Part shown: positions 21,173 to 31,480 of the stretch, in pieces
Position numbering within the stretch: position 1 is the first letter of the stretch
Layout of the letters: every line of letters starts with the position of its first letter
Source of the DNA: Nitrospira sp.
GTDB taxonomy: Bacteria; Nitrospirota; Nitrospiria; Nitrospirales; UBA8639
Direction of reading: 5' to 3'
NCBI GenBank assembly: GCA_011523385.1
Contig: WTGX01000006.1
Span: 4,121 to 68,120 of the forward strand
DNA: 64,000 nucleotides
Position numbers and translations under genes: made by a program
Notes under the pieces: generated by a model
Database searches by the model: none
Seen by the model: only the letters and a program-made list of their open reading frames with translations
What the model was told of the DNA's origin: nothing

Positions 21173-21853
21173 CTAGATAACCTGGATAATGGTAGCAATC
21201 AGCTTGTAGCAGGCTTCCTTGAACGGCTCTCCAAGGCTGATGGTCAGAAAACTTTCACCAATCTCGTATTTGCCATCTGGTTTCGAAAGATACTCACGCT
21301 CATAAGAGGGATCCGTGATCCAAAGTGCGTATTCTTCTTCGGCGTACGAAAACCGTCCCTGCACCCGGCGTTTGAGATTACCGAATTCCTCGCCAGGCCT
21401 GAAGATGGACAATTGCACACGATCTACGTGGATCAAACGAAGCGAACTCTTCAAAGACTTCGTTAGTGCTAGTGGTATCTGATCATTGCAGCCACGGTAG
21501 GTGCTATGCCCGTCGATCCACAACGGCGCGACCGGGTCGGCAAGTTGTTGCAATTTATCCAGGGAAAGATCACCCACCTTGGTCCAGTAAGAATCGGAAT
21601 CGAGCAGCCAGTTCTCCTGCTGATGGTTATTTGGCTTGGGAGACAGCAAGGGTACGTCGATGATATCAAGCACTTGAGGGTCGCGGCCGTTCTCATACTG
21701 GCGTTCATCTTCCGAGACTTCTTCGCCTTCGCGATCGCTGACGGGTCTGATCCAATTTCCGGGCCGGTTTCCGTCCCACAGTCTGCCCGCGATACAACGT
21801 CCGCTCCGCCTACGGGCGTTGGCGAGGCAGACGATGCGTTTGACGATCTTCAT
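21173..21853 (-). CDS. hypothetical protein with a CLAN..GRCIAG N-terminal motif (possibly a dual-OB-fold family; unverified)
   Basis: The 226-aa ORF lies 20 nt upstream of the first DUF488 gene on the same strand. It starts MKIVKRIVCLANARRRSGRCIAGR. I recognise no enzymatic motif. Confidence 0.5.
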   Translation of the reverse strand: MKIVKRIVCLANARRRSGRCIAGRLWDGNRPGNWIRPVSDREGEEVSEDERQYENGRDPQVLDIIDVPLLSPKPNNHQQENWLLDSDSYWTKVGDLSLDKLQQLADPVAPLWIDGHSTYRGCNDQIPLALTKSLKSSLRLIHVDRVQLSIFRPGEEFGNLKRRVQGRFSYAEEEYALWITDPSYEREYLSKPDGKYEIGESFLTISLGEPFKEACYKLIATIIQVI

Positions 21854-21961
21854 GGCCTGCTTCTTTCCTCACCCTCACCCCGGCCCTCTCCCGTCAAGGA
21901 CGAGGGAGAAAATACGAAGCTTCCTCTCCTTTCAAAAGAGAGGGAACTCTCTTCTGATCGA

Positions 21962-23509
21962 TCAACAAAGTCCGATTTTGTCTCCCACGTTGGCGCGGCG
22001 CTCCAATTGCGACGCCAGTTTATTCAGAGCATTCAGATAGGCTTGGGCCGAAGCCACGATGATATCGGTATTCGCCCCGTTCCCGGTGACGATTTCGCCG
22101 TCCTGTTCGACTCGCACCGACACCTCTCCTTGCGCGTCAGTCCCACCGGTGATGGCTTTGACCGCGTAGGCCAACAATTTGCTTTTGGTTTGCGTGATCC
22201 GGGCAATCGTTCGATAGACCGCGTCAACCGGACCATCGCCGGTGCCCGTCTCCTTCATCGCCTGCCCGTCCACCTCCAACTCCACGGTTGCCGTCGGCAA
22301 TTGATTCGTCCCGCTTTGGGTGCTCAGCGCCTTTAACGAATACCGTTCGGGCACCTTGGTGACGGCTTCGGACACAATCGATTCCAGATCTTCCTCGAAC
22401 AATTCCTTTTTCTGGTCCGCGAGCCGTTTGAATCGCTCGAACGCCGCGTTCACTTCTTCGTCCGAGAGCGCATAGCCCAACTTCGCCAACTCCGCTCGAA
22501 AGGCGTGGCGACCGGACAGTTTCCCCATCACCAGGCGGCTTTGCGTCAACCCGATGGAACCGGGCCGCATGATTTCATACGTGTTTTTATCCTTGAGCAA
22601 CCCGTCCTGGTGGATCCCGGAAGTATGCGCGAACGCGTTCGCCCCGACGATGGCCTTGTTGGGTTGGACGACCATCCCCGTGATCTTGCTGACCAGCCGG
22701 CTGGTCTTGGAAATTTCTTCGGTGCGAATCTGCGTCCCGGCATCATAAAAGTCCTTGCGGGTCCGCAGCCCCATCACGATCTCTTCCATCGACGCATTGC
22801 CGGCCCGTTCGCCGATGCCGTTGACCGTACATTCCACTTGCCCGGCGCCGGCGTGGATGGCCGCCATGGAATTGGCGACCGCCAACCCCAAATCATTGTG
22901 GCAATGCACGGAAATGATCGCCCGATCGCAGTCACGCACCCGCGTCCTGAGCGTTCGGATAATATCTTCAAATTCCTTGGGGGTCGTGTACCCCACGGTA
23001 TCGGGAATATTCACCGTACCCGCGCCTGCGTCCACGACCGCCTCCACGACTTCGCACAGGTAGGAGACGTCCGACCGCGTCGCGTCCATGGGGGAAAACT
23101 CAACGTCATCGACGTAGCTGCGCGCGTGCCGGACCATCTCGACCGCACGCTGAAGCGCTTCCTCTCGCGTCATGCGGAATTGGTGTTTCAGGTGAATGTC
23201 CGACGTGGACAGGAAGGTATGAATGCGCGGTTTGGGCGCCCCTTTCAATGCCTTCCACGCCGAATCAATGTCCGCAGGCTTGGCTCGTGCCAGGCTACAG
23301 ACCGTCGGGCCTTCCACCTCCTGCCCGATACGCTGCACCGCCTCGAAATCACCGGGGGAACTGAAGGCGAACCCGGCTTCGATAATATCGACGTTCAAGC
23401 GAGCCAGTTGTTTGGCGACCAGCACTTTTTCTTCCACGTTCATGCTGGCTCCCGGAGACTGCTCGCCGTCACGCAAAGTGGTGTCGAAAATTCTGATGTG
23501 TCGCTTCAT
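21962..23509 (-). CDS. leuA: 2-isopropylmalate synthase
   Basis: The 515-aa ORF contains IFDTTLRDGEQSPG and HCHNDLGLAVANS, plus a C-terminal LeuA dimerisation/regulatory domain. Confidence 0.95.
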   Translation of the reverse strand: MKRHIRIFDTTLRDGEQSPGASMNVEEKVLVAKQLARLNVDIIEAGFAFSSPGDFEAVQRIGQEVEGPTVCSLARAKPADIDSAWKALKGAPKPRIHTFLSTSDIHLKHQFRMTREEALQRAVEMVRHARSYVDDVEFSPMDATRSDVSYLCEVVEAVVDAGAGTVNIPDTVGYTTPKEFEDIIRTLRTRVRDCDRAIISVHCHNDLGLAVANSMAAIHAGAGQVECTVNGIGERAGNASMEEIVMGLRTRKDFYDAGTQIRTEEISKTSRLVSKITGMVVQPNKAIVGANAFAHTSGIHQDGLLKDKNTYEIMRPGSIGLTQSRLVMGKLSGRHAFRAELAKLGYALSDEEVNAAFERFKRLADQKKELFEEDLESIVSEAVTKVPERYSLKALSTQSGTNQLPTATVELEVDGQAMKETGTGDGPVDAVYRTIARITQTKSKLLAYAVKAITGGTDAQGEVSVRVEQDGEIVTGNGANTDIIVASAQAYLNALNKLASQLERRANVGDKIGLC

Positions 23510-23633
23510 CGCCCATGCTCCTCACGAAGATGATTCACGGCCTTCCGGCAAGGCCTTGCCCACATGTTCATCGAGCCCTGCTTCCGGCCTTTCTCAATCA
23601 TACCTCAATCATTCACCCAAGCATAACCAGCCC

Positions 23634-23672
23634 CCATAATAAAAAAGCCTTCACCCCGAAGAGGTGAAGGCT
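23634..23672 (-). terminator. rho-independent terminator downstream of pssA
   Basis: Read on the minus strand, a 10-bp stem AGCCTTCACC / GGTGAAGGCT with a 7-nt loop is followed by TTTTTTATTAT. Confidence 0.6.
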
Positions 23673-23808
23673 TTCAACCTGTTTCGGGGTCATCAGGGAA
23701 TCATTGATGGTGTAGGGACAGGCCCCTGTGCCTGTCCTGACCTGCCAGTGTCGCATCACCTGAAAGAAGGGGGGCTCTGCCTTTTCCTTGCCATTGATCC
23801 ATGCGGAA

Positions 23809-24600
23809 TCAGTCCTTTGACTCCGACGACACGGGCGCCCGAACCGGCGTCTCCCGCGTCGTTGGTGCGGTGACAACGTTCCAGCCCTTTTCCAACAAAC
23901 CGGAACTCACGTATGCCAAACAAATCACAAACAACATCAATTCAGGATAGGCCATGACGGACACCAGAATCAAGACGGCCCAGACCAAATACATAAAATG
24001 GTTGTGGCCTGCAAACTTCAACTGTTTCACGCTACGGTATTTCACCGTGCTCACCATGAGGAACCCCATCAGCAAGCTCAAGGCGATAACCACCGAGGGA
24101 AGCACGCTCGCAGGCAGATGACTGATGTGCATGTCGAAAATATAAAACGTCGCGATAAAACCGGCTGCCGCGGGAATGGGCAAACCCGTAAAAAACCGGC
24201 TCTCCGCGCTGCTCGCCATGACGTTGAACCGGGCCAAACGCAGGGCACCGCAGGCCACGTACGCAAACATGATCGCCGCGCCCAACATGCCCGGGGATTT
24301 CAGCACCCACGCATAAATCAAAAACCCGGGGGCGAGCCCGAATGAAATCAGATCAGACAGGGAATCGTATTCCACGCCAAACTCGCTCGTACTGTTGGTC
24401 AAACGGGCGGACGTGCCGTCCAAGACGTCGAAGACCATCGCAATCAGGATCGCAATTGCCGCCGCTTCCAAGCGACCATGGTACACAAACACCATCGCGG
24501 CCAACCCGCTGAACAGATTGCCCGTGGTGAGGATGTTTGGGATCAGGTGAACGCCACGCCGGCGAGCCCCTTCCTTATTTTTGAATATCCGTCCCTTCAC
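23809..24600 (-). CDS. pssA: CDP-diacylglycerol--serine O-phosphatidyltransferase
   Basis: Contains the CDP-alcohol phosphatidyltransferase motif (DVLDG..AR......G.E.DSL.D). I set the start at the GTG at 24600, which overlaps the psd stop (GTGA), rather than at the long ORF start 24759. Confidence 0.88.
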   Translation of the reverse strand: MKGRIFKNKEGARRRGVHLIPNILTTGNLFSGLAAMVFVYHGRLEAAAIAILIAMVFDVLDGTSARLTNSTSEFGVEYDSLSDLISFGLAPGFLIYAWVLKSPGMLGAAIMFAYVACGALRLARFNVMASSAESRFFTGLPIPAAAGFIATFYIFDMHISHLPASVLPSVVIALSLLMGFLMVSTVKYRSVKQLKFAGHNHFMYLVWAVLILVSVMAYPELMLFVICLAYVSSGLLEKGWNVVTAPTTRETPVRAPVSSESKD

Positions 24601-25247
24601 GTGAACTCCGCGAGTATGGATTCTCCACCCTTCACCTGATCTCCGACCCTGACGCGGACACGGCTGTCGACGTCGAAATACGTATCCATCCGGGACCCAA
24701 ACCGGATCAGGCCAAAGCGTTCGCCGGACACGGCGGTATCGCCAGGCTGTGCCCAGCACACGATCCGCCTGGCCACGAGCCCCGCGACCTGGACACAGAG
24801 CACCTTTTTCTTCGACGGCGTTTCAATCATCAACGCATTCTGTTCGTTATGCACCGTGGCATCCTGATCGCTGGCGTCGAGAAACCGTCCCGGCTGGTAG
24901 GCCATGTCCATCACGGTGCCTGCACACGGCATTCGATTGATGTGCACGTCAAAAATATTCAGAAAGATACTGATCCGGATACTTTGCTCTTTCAAATATC
25001 TCGGTTCAAATTCCTTCTGAATCGCGATGACTTTCCCGTCCCCGGGTGCAAGGATTAACTCGTCACCCCGAGGGGGCGTGCGAGGAGGATTTCGAAAAAA
25101 CCAGCCGGTAAAACACGCGAGAACGCCAAAGGCCATGGCGGTTTTTCGCAAACCCAGCAACCTGGCCAGCAGAGCCGGCGTCGCCGCTCCCAGAACAAAG
25201 GGTACCCCTTCCGGCGCAATGGGGAGATCTTTCGCACGATCAGTCAT
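24597..25247 (-). CDS. psd: phosphatidylserine decarboxylase proenzyme (short form)
   Basis: The 216-aa ORF has a C-terminal FGSRMD-type self-cleavage region (IRFGSRMDTY). It is paired with pssA. Confidence 0.88.
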   Translation of the reverse strand: MTDRAKDLPIAPEGVPFVLGAATPALLARLLGLRKTAMAFGVLACFTGWFFRNPPRTPPRGDELILAPGDGKVIAIQKEFEPRYLKEQSIRISIFLNIFDVHINRMPCAGTVMDMAYQPGRFLDASDQDATVHNEQNALMIETPSKKKVLCVQVAGLVARRIVCWAQPGDTAVSGERFGLIRFGSRMDTYFDVDSRVRVRVGDQVKGGESILAEFT

Positions 25248-25326
25248 TAATATAAAACAACCTCAATCAGCCTGCCTCTCCTATTCCCCTCCTTTGTAAG
25301 GAGGGGTGAGGGGAGGTAGAGTCTGG

Positions 25327-26379
<1,053 letters not shown>

Positions 26380-26437
26380 TCAGGTGGGTAGCGCCCCACG
26401 CCCGAAAACGTCGCGCTCCGCATTCTCCGCACAACTT

Positions 26438-26959
26438 TTAGTTGGCTTTGGCAAGCGGGCGCGGCTGGTTCGCCACCGTGCGAACGGGTTCTCGCGCAAT
26501 GGCAATCCGGCCGGTCCTGACGATTTCCTTGATGCCAAGGGGTTGGAGCAACTGGATAATGGCGTGAATCTTCTGCACGTCACCCGTGACTTCGATCGTA
26601 TAGGACGTTGGGGATGAGTCAATCACGTTCGCTCGAAAGATATCGGCAATCCGCAGGGCCTCAGCTCGATCCTCAGACCGGGCGTGCACTTTAATTAAGG
26701 CACTCTCACGGCTCACGGCGTCACTTTCATTGAGGTCTACGACCTTGATGACGTCGATGATTTTATTCAATTGCTTGAGGATCTGTTCAATGATGCGCTC
26801 ATCGCCGCTTGTAACCACGGTCATCATCGACACGCTCGGGTCCAGAGTGGGCGCCACCGACAAACTTTCGATGTTGAACCCCCGTCCGCTGAACAGGCCC
26901 GCGACCCGCGACAAGGCCCCGGCTTTATTTTCCAACGTCACCGAAATAATGTGTTCCAC
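26438..26959 (-). CDS. ilvN: acetolactate synthase small (regulatory) subunit
   Basis: Contains the ACT domain sequence SVTLENKAGALSRVAGLFSGRGFNIESL. Confidence 0.95.
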   Translation of the reverse strand: MEHIISVTLENKAGALSRVAGLFSGRGFNIESLSVAPTLDPSVSMMTVVTSGDERIIEQILKQLNKIIDVIKVVDLNESDAVSRESALIKVHARSEDRAEALRIADIFRANVIDSSPTSYTIEVTGDVQKIHAIIQLLQPLGIKEIVRTGRIAIAREPVRTVANQPRPLAKAN

Positions 26960-27018
26960 GAATGCTCTACCCTTTAGCCGTTTACGCCGTTCGGCAATGC
27001 CTCGTCCGGCCTCTCCAT

Positions 27019-27081
27019 CCCCCTCTCCCCTGGAGGGAGAGAGCCTGCCCCGGACTTGATCCGGGGGCTGGGGTGAGGGGG
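27019..27081. repeat. dual-hairpin REP-like element (copy in the ilvB-ilvN spacer)
   Basis: The sequence CCCTCTCCCCTGGAGGGAGAGAGCCTGCCCCGGACTTGATCCGGGGGCTGGGGTGAGGG is closely similar to 58588..58646. It contains two adjacent palindromes. Confidence 0.65.
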
Positions 27082-27096
27082 CCTCGTCGTTGCTCC

Positions 27097-28869
27097 CTAC
27101 GCCGTCAAAATCGTGTCCTTGCCCTCCGTTTTGCCCGTCGCCCCTTGTCGCTTCTGCAACTCCGGCGGATCTTCGAGAATCATTTCATGGTTGCAGCCGC
27201 CGGCCGGAATCATGGGATAACAATTCTCGAATTGATCAACCGGCACGTCGATGAAAACCGGCTTGTCAATGGCCATGGCCTCTCGAATCCCGTCATCCAC
27301 TTCATTGACTTTTTGAATGCGCAGGCCAGCCGCGCCGTAGGCTTCCGCGAGTTTCACGAAGTCCGGCGATTGGTCCAGGTAGCTGCACGCATAACGGCCT
27401 TCATAGAACAGGTCCTGCCACTGCCGCACCATGCCGTGGAACCGATTGTTGATAATAAACACCTTGACCGGCAGTTTTTCAACCACGGCCGTGGCTAATT
27501 CCTGGGAGTTCATCTGGACGCTCCCGTCACCCGCAATGCACAACACGAGTCGGCCACGAAAGGCCGCCTGGGCCCCGAGGGCAGCGGGGAACCCAAAGCC
27601 CATCGTCCCCAACCCGCCGGACGTCAGCCACGTATTTGGTTTGGCGAGATGAAAGTATTGCGCCGCCCACATCTGATGCTGGCCCACGTCGGTGGATACG
27701 ATCGGGTCGCGGTCTTTCGTGAGTTGATAGACCCGGTCAATCAGATACTGCGGTTTGATCAACTTGCCGGCATCCTGCCGGTAGCTCAAAGGGTGGGCGG
27801 TTTTCCACTCATTTAGTTGATCCCACCACGGCTTGCGCAATTCTTTCTGGTCGCCGTTCACCGTCGCGCGCAACACGCTGTTCAACTCCTGCAAGACGCA
27901 TTTACAATCCCCCACGATGGGAACGTCCACGTGGATGTTCTTGCGAATCGACGTCGGATCAATATCGATATGGATAATCTTGGCACCGGGACAAAATTCG
28001 GACACCTTCCCGGTCACGCGATCATCGAACCGGGCGCCGATGGCAATCACCAGATCGGAATAATGGATGGCCATGTTGGCCACGTAGGTGCCGTGCATGC
28101 CCAGCATCCCCAGGGACAACGGATGTTGACCGGGGAACGCGCCCAAGGCCATCAGGGTCTGGTTCACGGGGATCTGGGTCAACTCGGCCAATTCGCGCAC
28201 TTCCGCCGAGGCGCCGGACAACTGCACGCCCCCGCCAATATAGATGACGGGCCGTCGCGCCTTCATGATGACATCCGCGGCTTGCTTGATTTTCCACTTG
28301 CTGCCTTCGTAAGTCGGATTGTAGCCGCGAATCGAGACGGAGTCCGGATATTTGAAATCAGCCTTCTCCATCGAAATATCCTTCGGAATGTCCACCAGCA
28401 CGGGACCGGGTCTGCCCGTGGATGCGATATAGAACGCTTCCTTGATGGTCTCCGCCAAATCGTTCACGTCCTTCACCAAAAAGTTGTATTTCGTGCATGG
28501 GCGGCTGAGCCCGACGTTGTCGGCTTCCTGAAAGGCATCGTTCCCGATGAGCGCCGTGGGGACCTGACCGGAAAAGCACACCATGGGCACGGAATCCATG
28601 TAAGCATCGGCCAACGCGGTAATCACGTTGGTCATGCCCGGACCCGACGTAATCAAGGCCACTCCGGGTTTCCCCGTGGCCTTTGCATAGCCTTCCGCCA
28701 TGTGGCCGGCCGCTTGTTCATGCCGGGTTAAAATGACTTCGATGTCTTTCTGTTGATGCAGGACGTCGAAAATTTTCAGGACTACCCCGCCGGGAAGAGC
28801 AAAAATCGTTTTCACTCCTTCGCGCTTCAAGGCTTCCACAAAAATCTCGGCTCCTGTAAGCTGTGCCAT
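27097..28869 (-). CDS. ilvB: acetolactate synthase large (catalytic) subunit
   Basis: Starts [19 protein letters not shown], with a ThDP motif [16 protein letters not shown]...GDGS..MN. Confidence 0.95.
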   Translation of the reverse strand: MAQLTGAEIFVEALKREGVKTIFALPGGVVLKIFDVLHQQKDIEVILTRHEQAAGHMAEGYAKATGKPGVALITSGPGMTNVITALADAYMDSVPMVCFSGQVPTALIGNDAFQEADNVGLSRPCTKYNFLVKDVNDLAETIKEAFYIASTGRPGPVLVDIPKDISMEKADFKYPDSVSIRGYNPTYEGSKWKIKQAADVIMKARRPVIYIGGGVQLSGASAEVRELAELTQIPVNQTLMALGAFPGQHPLSLGMLGMHGTYVANMAIHYSDLVIAIGARFDDRVTGKVSEFCPGAKIIHIDIDPTSIRKNIHVDVPIVGDCKCVLQELNSVLRATVNGDQKELRKPWWDQLNEWKTAHPLSYRQDAGKLIKPQYLIDRVYQLTKDRDPIVSTDVGQHQMWAAQYFHLAKPNTWLTSGGLGTMGFGFPAALGAQAAFRGRLVLCIAGDGSVQMNSQELATAVVEKLPVKVFIINNRFHGMVRQWQDLFYEGRYACSYLDQSPDFVKLAEAYGAAGLRIQKVNEVDDGIREAMAIDKPVFIDVPVDQFENCYPMIPAGGCNHEMILEDPPELQKRQGATGKTEGKDTILTA

Positions 28870-29010
28870 GATCTCCCTCATACGGTTTGAACCATCCATG
28901 CCGAACCATGCATGAATGGTTCAGTTAAAAATAACGACGATCCCCCCGACGACGCTTCGCGTCGGCCAAGAAACCCAATAGTTTCCATGGGTTGTAGACC
29001 TAAATGAATG

Positions 29011-29039
29011 ATGATAAACCTGCATTATCCACAAGTCAA
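29011..29039 (-). promoter_or_regulatory. candidate sigma70-type promoter for the ilvBNC operon
   Basis: Read on the minus strand: TTGACT (29039..29034), a 17-nt spacer, then TATCAT (29016..29011). It lies about 140 nt upstream of the ilvB start. Confidence 0.4.
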
Positions 29040-29090
29040 GGGACGGCACGGGGGCCATCCCCTGCAATGTCAATGATGACCGCTTGGTAG

Positions 29091-29200
29091 GGACAACCCC
29101 CTGTGGTTGTCCGTCCTGTGGTCGGATTAGGTAGGTCGGGTTAGCCCTTCGACTACGCTTCCTTCGACTTCGCTCAGGACAGGCGTGGCGTAACCCGACA
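29091..29200. repeat. composite REP-like cluster
   Basis: Contains the GGACAACC-CCCTGT-GGTTGTCC hairpin (29091..29112), followed by the GTCGGGTTAGCC..CTTCGACTTCGCTCAGGACAGGC..GGCGTAACCCGAC element. Related copies lie at 30796.., 31161.. and 40466..40571. Confidence 0.65.
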
Positions 29201-29243
29201 GCAGCTTGAACAAAGACAAGTATACGCACACGGACGCGGACTC

Positions 29244-30431
29244 ATGTTACGCGACTTGAAACAAGAGATAAAACATCTGGAAACTCGACACCTGCGCCGG
29301 CAATTACGGATCGTGGAGTCGCCGTCGGACCCGACCATCACTATCGAAGGCCGCCGGTTCATCTCTATGGCCTCGAATAACTATCTCGGGTTGGCCAACC
29401 ATCCCGGAGTCAAGCAGGCGGCCATCGAAGCGATCGAACAATGGGGCGTCGGAGCCGGCGCCGCGCGGCTCATTTCCGGCACCATGACCCCCCATCACCA
29501 ACTGGAACAAGACCTGGCCCGATTCAAACAAGTCGAAGCCGCCCTGACCTTCGGCACGGGCTACACCACGAACCTGGGGCTGATTCCGGCACTCATCGAC
29601 CGGGACGGCCTCATCCTGGCCGACCGCTACTGCCACGCCAGCCTCATAGAAGCCTGCCGGTTGTCCAAAGCCAGGCTGCGCGTGTTTCACCACAACGACG
29701 CTGAGCACCTGGAAAGCCTGCTCAAGAAACGAGAAAAAGTCAGACCGACCTTGGTCGTCACCGAAGGCGTCTTCAGCATGGACGGCGACCTCGCCCCACT
29801 TCCGGATTTACTGGCACTCTGCCGGCAACATGACGCCACGCTGGTCATTGACGACGCCCACGGCACGGGTGTCATGGGGACAAACGGGCGAGGAACCGTG
29901 GAACACTTCGGCGTGAACCCTCAAGACCTCATTCAAATGGGAACCCTCAGCAAAGCGATCGGAACCAGTGGCGGCTACGTCGCGGGACCGGCTTCCCTCA
30001 AAGAATACCTAATCAATACGTCAAAGGCTTTTATCTACACGACTGCCCAGCCACCCGCCATCGCCGCCGCAGCATCAACCGCGATTCGAATCATCCAGGA
30101 CGAACCCGCTCGCCGCGAACGCCTCCGGACCAACCGAAACGCGCTCCATGCAGCCCTGACAGGTCTGGGCTTTCAACTCACCGACACACAAAGCCCAATC
30201 CTGCCGATCATCGTGAAATCGCCGGAACGAGCGGTGGAGATGTCGCAGGCCCTGTACGAAGCCGGCGTGTACGTGCCGGCCATCCGCCCCCCGACCGTGC
30301 CCAAACACAGCAGCCGGCTACGCCTCACCGTGAGTTCGGAACATTCGCAAGAGCAGTTGGAAACAGTGGTGGCCGCGTTTCGGAAGGTACGGGAGGCGTT
30401 TTCGATGAAGTCGACTTCCGCTTCGGGGTAA
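29244..30431 (+). CDS. bioF: 8-amino-7-oxononanoate synthase
   Basis: A 395-aa alpha-oxoamine synthase: NNYLGL, DDAHGTGVMG, GTLSKA (PLP lysine). Confidence 0.88.
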   Translation: MLRDLKQEIKHLETRHLRRQLRIVESPSDPTITIEGRRFISMASNNYLGLANHPGVKQAAIEAIEQWGVGAGAARLISGTMTPHHQLEQDLARFKQVEAALTFGTGYTTNLGLIPALIDRDGLILADRYCHASLIEACRLSKARLRVFHHNDAEHLESLLKKREKVRPTLVVTEGVFSMDGDLAPLPDLLALCRQHDATLVIDDAHGTGVMGTNGRGTVEHFGVNPQDLIQMGTLSKAIGTSGGYVAGPASLKEYLINTSKAFIYTTAQPPAIAAAASTAIRIIQDEPARRERLRTNRNALHAALTGLGFQLTDTQSPILPIIVKSPERAVEMSQALYEAGVYVPAIRPPTVPKHSSRLRLTVSSEHSQEQLETVVAAFRKVREAFSMKSTSASG

Positions 30432-30517
30432 CATGGCAAACGGGGCTTTTAATCAGGAGAACCGATGATCAATGCCGGTGAGCCGGATTGCTATTGGAGA
30501 AGCCTCCACATCAAGAA

Positions 30518-30730
30518 TCAAGCCGCGAGCGGCCGTAGAAGAATGACCAAAATCGCCAAGGAGAACGCCAGATTGACCCCCAACATCCCCTTGAGCAGCT
30601 TCATGTCGGCTTCGATGTTGGTCAGCCGGTTCTCGAACCCGGCAATCTCTTCGGCCGCCTCGCGCGCCTTCTCATCGGGCGTGCCCGCCGCCCTGAATGC
30701 TTCGTACGTTTTGGAGAGCATCATCCCCAT
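30518..30730 (-). CDS. small coiled-coil, C-terminally membrane-anchored protein (DUF1640-like), paralogue 1
   Basis: The 70-aa ORF reads MGMMLSKTYEAFRAAGTPDEKAREAAEEIAGFENRL, then a C-terminal TM segment. Its N-terminal half is near-identical to 30898..31101. Confidence 0.55.
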   Translation of the reverse strand: MGMMLSKTYEAFRAAGTPDEKAREAAEEIAGFENRLTNIEADMKLLKGMLGVNLAFSLAILVILLRPLAA

Positions 30731-30795
30731 GTGAACAGGCTACTCATCAGGAGTCACCCATGCAAGGCAAAAGGCAATGGTCGGACTCTGCGTAG

Positions 30796-30890
30796 GTAGG
30801 TCTGGTTAGCCCTTCGACTACGCTCAGGACAGGCGTAGCGTAATCCGATAGTCAATCTGCGTGATCCGAGATATGGTCACACAAATCAAG
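30796..30890. repeat. REP-like element plus a GTGATCC..GGTCACAC palindrome (unit 1 of the tandem duplication)
   Basis: Contains GGTCTGGTTAGCCCTTCGACTACGCTCAGGACAGGCGTAGCGTAATCCGA, then GTGATCCGAGATATGGTCACAC. It matches 31161..31256. Confidence 0.65.
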
Positions 30891-30897
30891 TGGTCTT

Positions 30898-31101
30898 TCA
30901 GGTGAAGAAGGTTTTAACGACGAGGCTGACCACGCCGGTCAGGACAATGGTGATCAGGACTTCAACGCGGATGAGCCGATTCTCAATGCTCGCTAAACGG
31001 TTCTCGAACCCGGCAATCTCTTCGGCCGCTTCGCGCGCCTTCTCGTCAGACGCGCCGGCATCTTTGAACGCTTCATAGGTTTTGGCGAGCATCACAGCCA
31101 T
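30898..31101 (-). CDS. small coiled-coil, C-terminally membrane-anchored protein (DUF1640-like), paralogue 2
   Basis: Reads MAVMLAKTYEAFKDAGASDEKAREAAEEIAGFENRL, then a TM segment. The start is chosen to align with paralogue 1; the ORF extends to 31128. Confidence 0.55.
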   Translation of the reverse strand: MAVMLAKTYEAFKDAGASDEKAREAAEEIAGFENRLASIENRLIRVEVLITIVLTGVVSLVVKTFFT

Positions 31102-31160
31102 GCAAATAGGATACCTTTCATGAGTCACTCCAGCAAGGCAAAAGCGACTGACCTATAAGT

Positions 31161-31256
31161 AGGTCGGTCGGGTTAGCCCTTCGACTACGCTCAGGACAGG
31201 CGTGGCGTAATCCGACAATCAGGCTGTGTGACCCGAGATACAGTCACACAGATCAT
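31161..31256. repeat. REP-like element plus a GTGTGAC..GTCACAC palindrome (unit 2)
   Basis: Shares the same architecture and most bases with 30796..30890. Confidence 0.65.
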
Positions 31257-31264
31257 GACGTTTC

Positions 31265-31480
31265 TCAATTTAAATCCTTGAGCGCCTCCTCGAAGGGACG
31301 ACTAGGCTCCCCTCGCCGGTTTTCAGCAGCCGCCAAATCGAGGGAATCTTCCCTTAACAGTTCAAGCACCGCTTGGTTGACGATATCGGAGAGCGTTCGG
31401 TCGCTTTCTGCAGATTTCAACTTCAGAGCACGGTAGACCCCTGGTTCCAAATAGACCGTCGTTCGCGCGCTATTGGCCAT
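31265..31480 (-). CDS. ribbon-helix-helix (CopG/RelB-like) antitoxin-type protein, orphan
   Basis: Reads MANSARTTVYLEPGVYRALKLKSAESDRTLSDIVNQAVLELL, an RHH pattern. There is no toxin ORF downstream; a repeat element follows directly. Confidence 0.65.
   Translation of the reverse strand: MANSARTTVYLEPGVYRALKLKSAESDRTLSDIVNQAVLELLREDSLDLAAAENRRGEPSRPFEEALKDLN

Noticed and set aside
23809-24759. The long 316-aa form of the pssA ORF, and likewise the long forms of hisG (to 4688), asd (to 17754), the NHL protein (to 19066), ggt (from 34677), uvrA (from 41744) and aroK (from 58526).
   Set aside because: The N-terminal extensions overlap the upstream genes or repeat elements, are Arg/Pro-rich and lack homology-like sequence. 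Internal starts give canonical N-termini and typical 4-nt overlaps.
28870-29010. A classical Ile/Val/Leu-rich leader peptide for ilvB attenuation.
   Set aside because: The only ATG-initiated frame in the leader (METIGFLGRREASSGG...) has no run of branched-chain codons.
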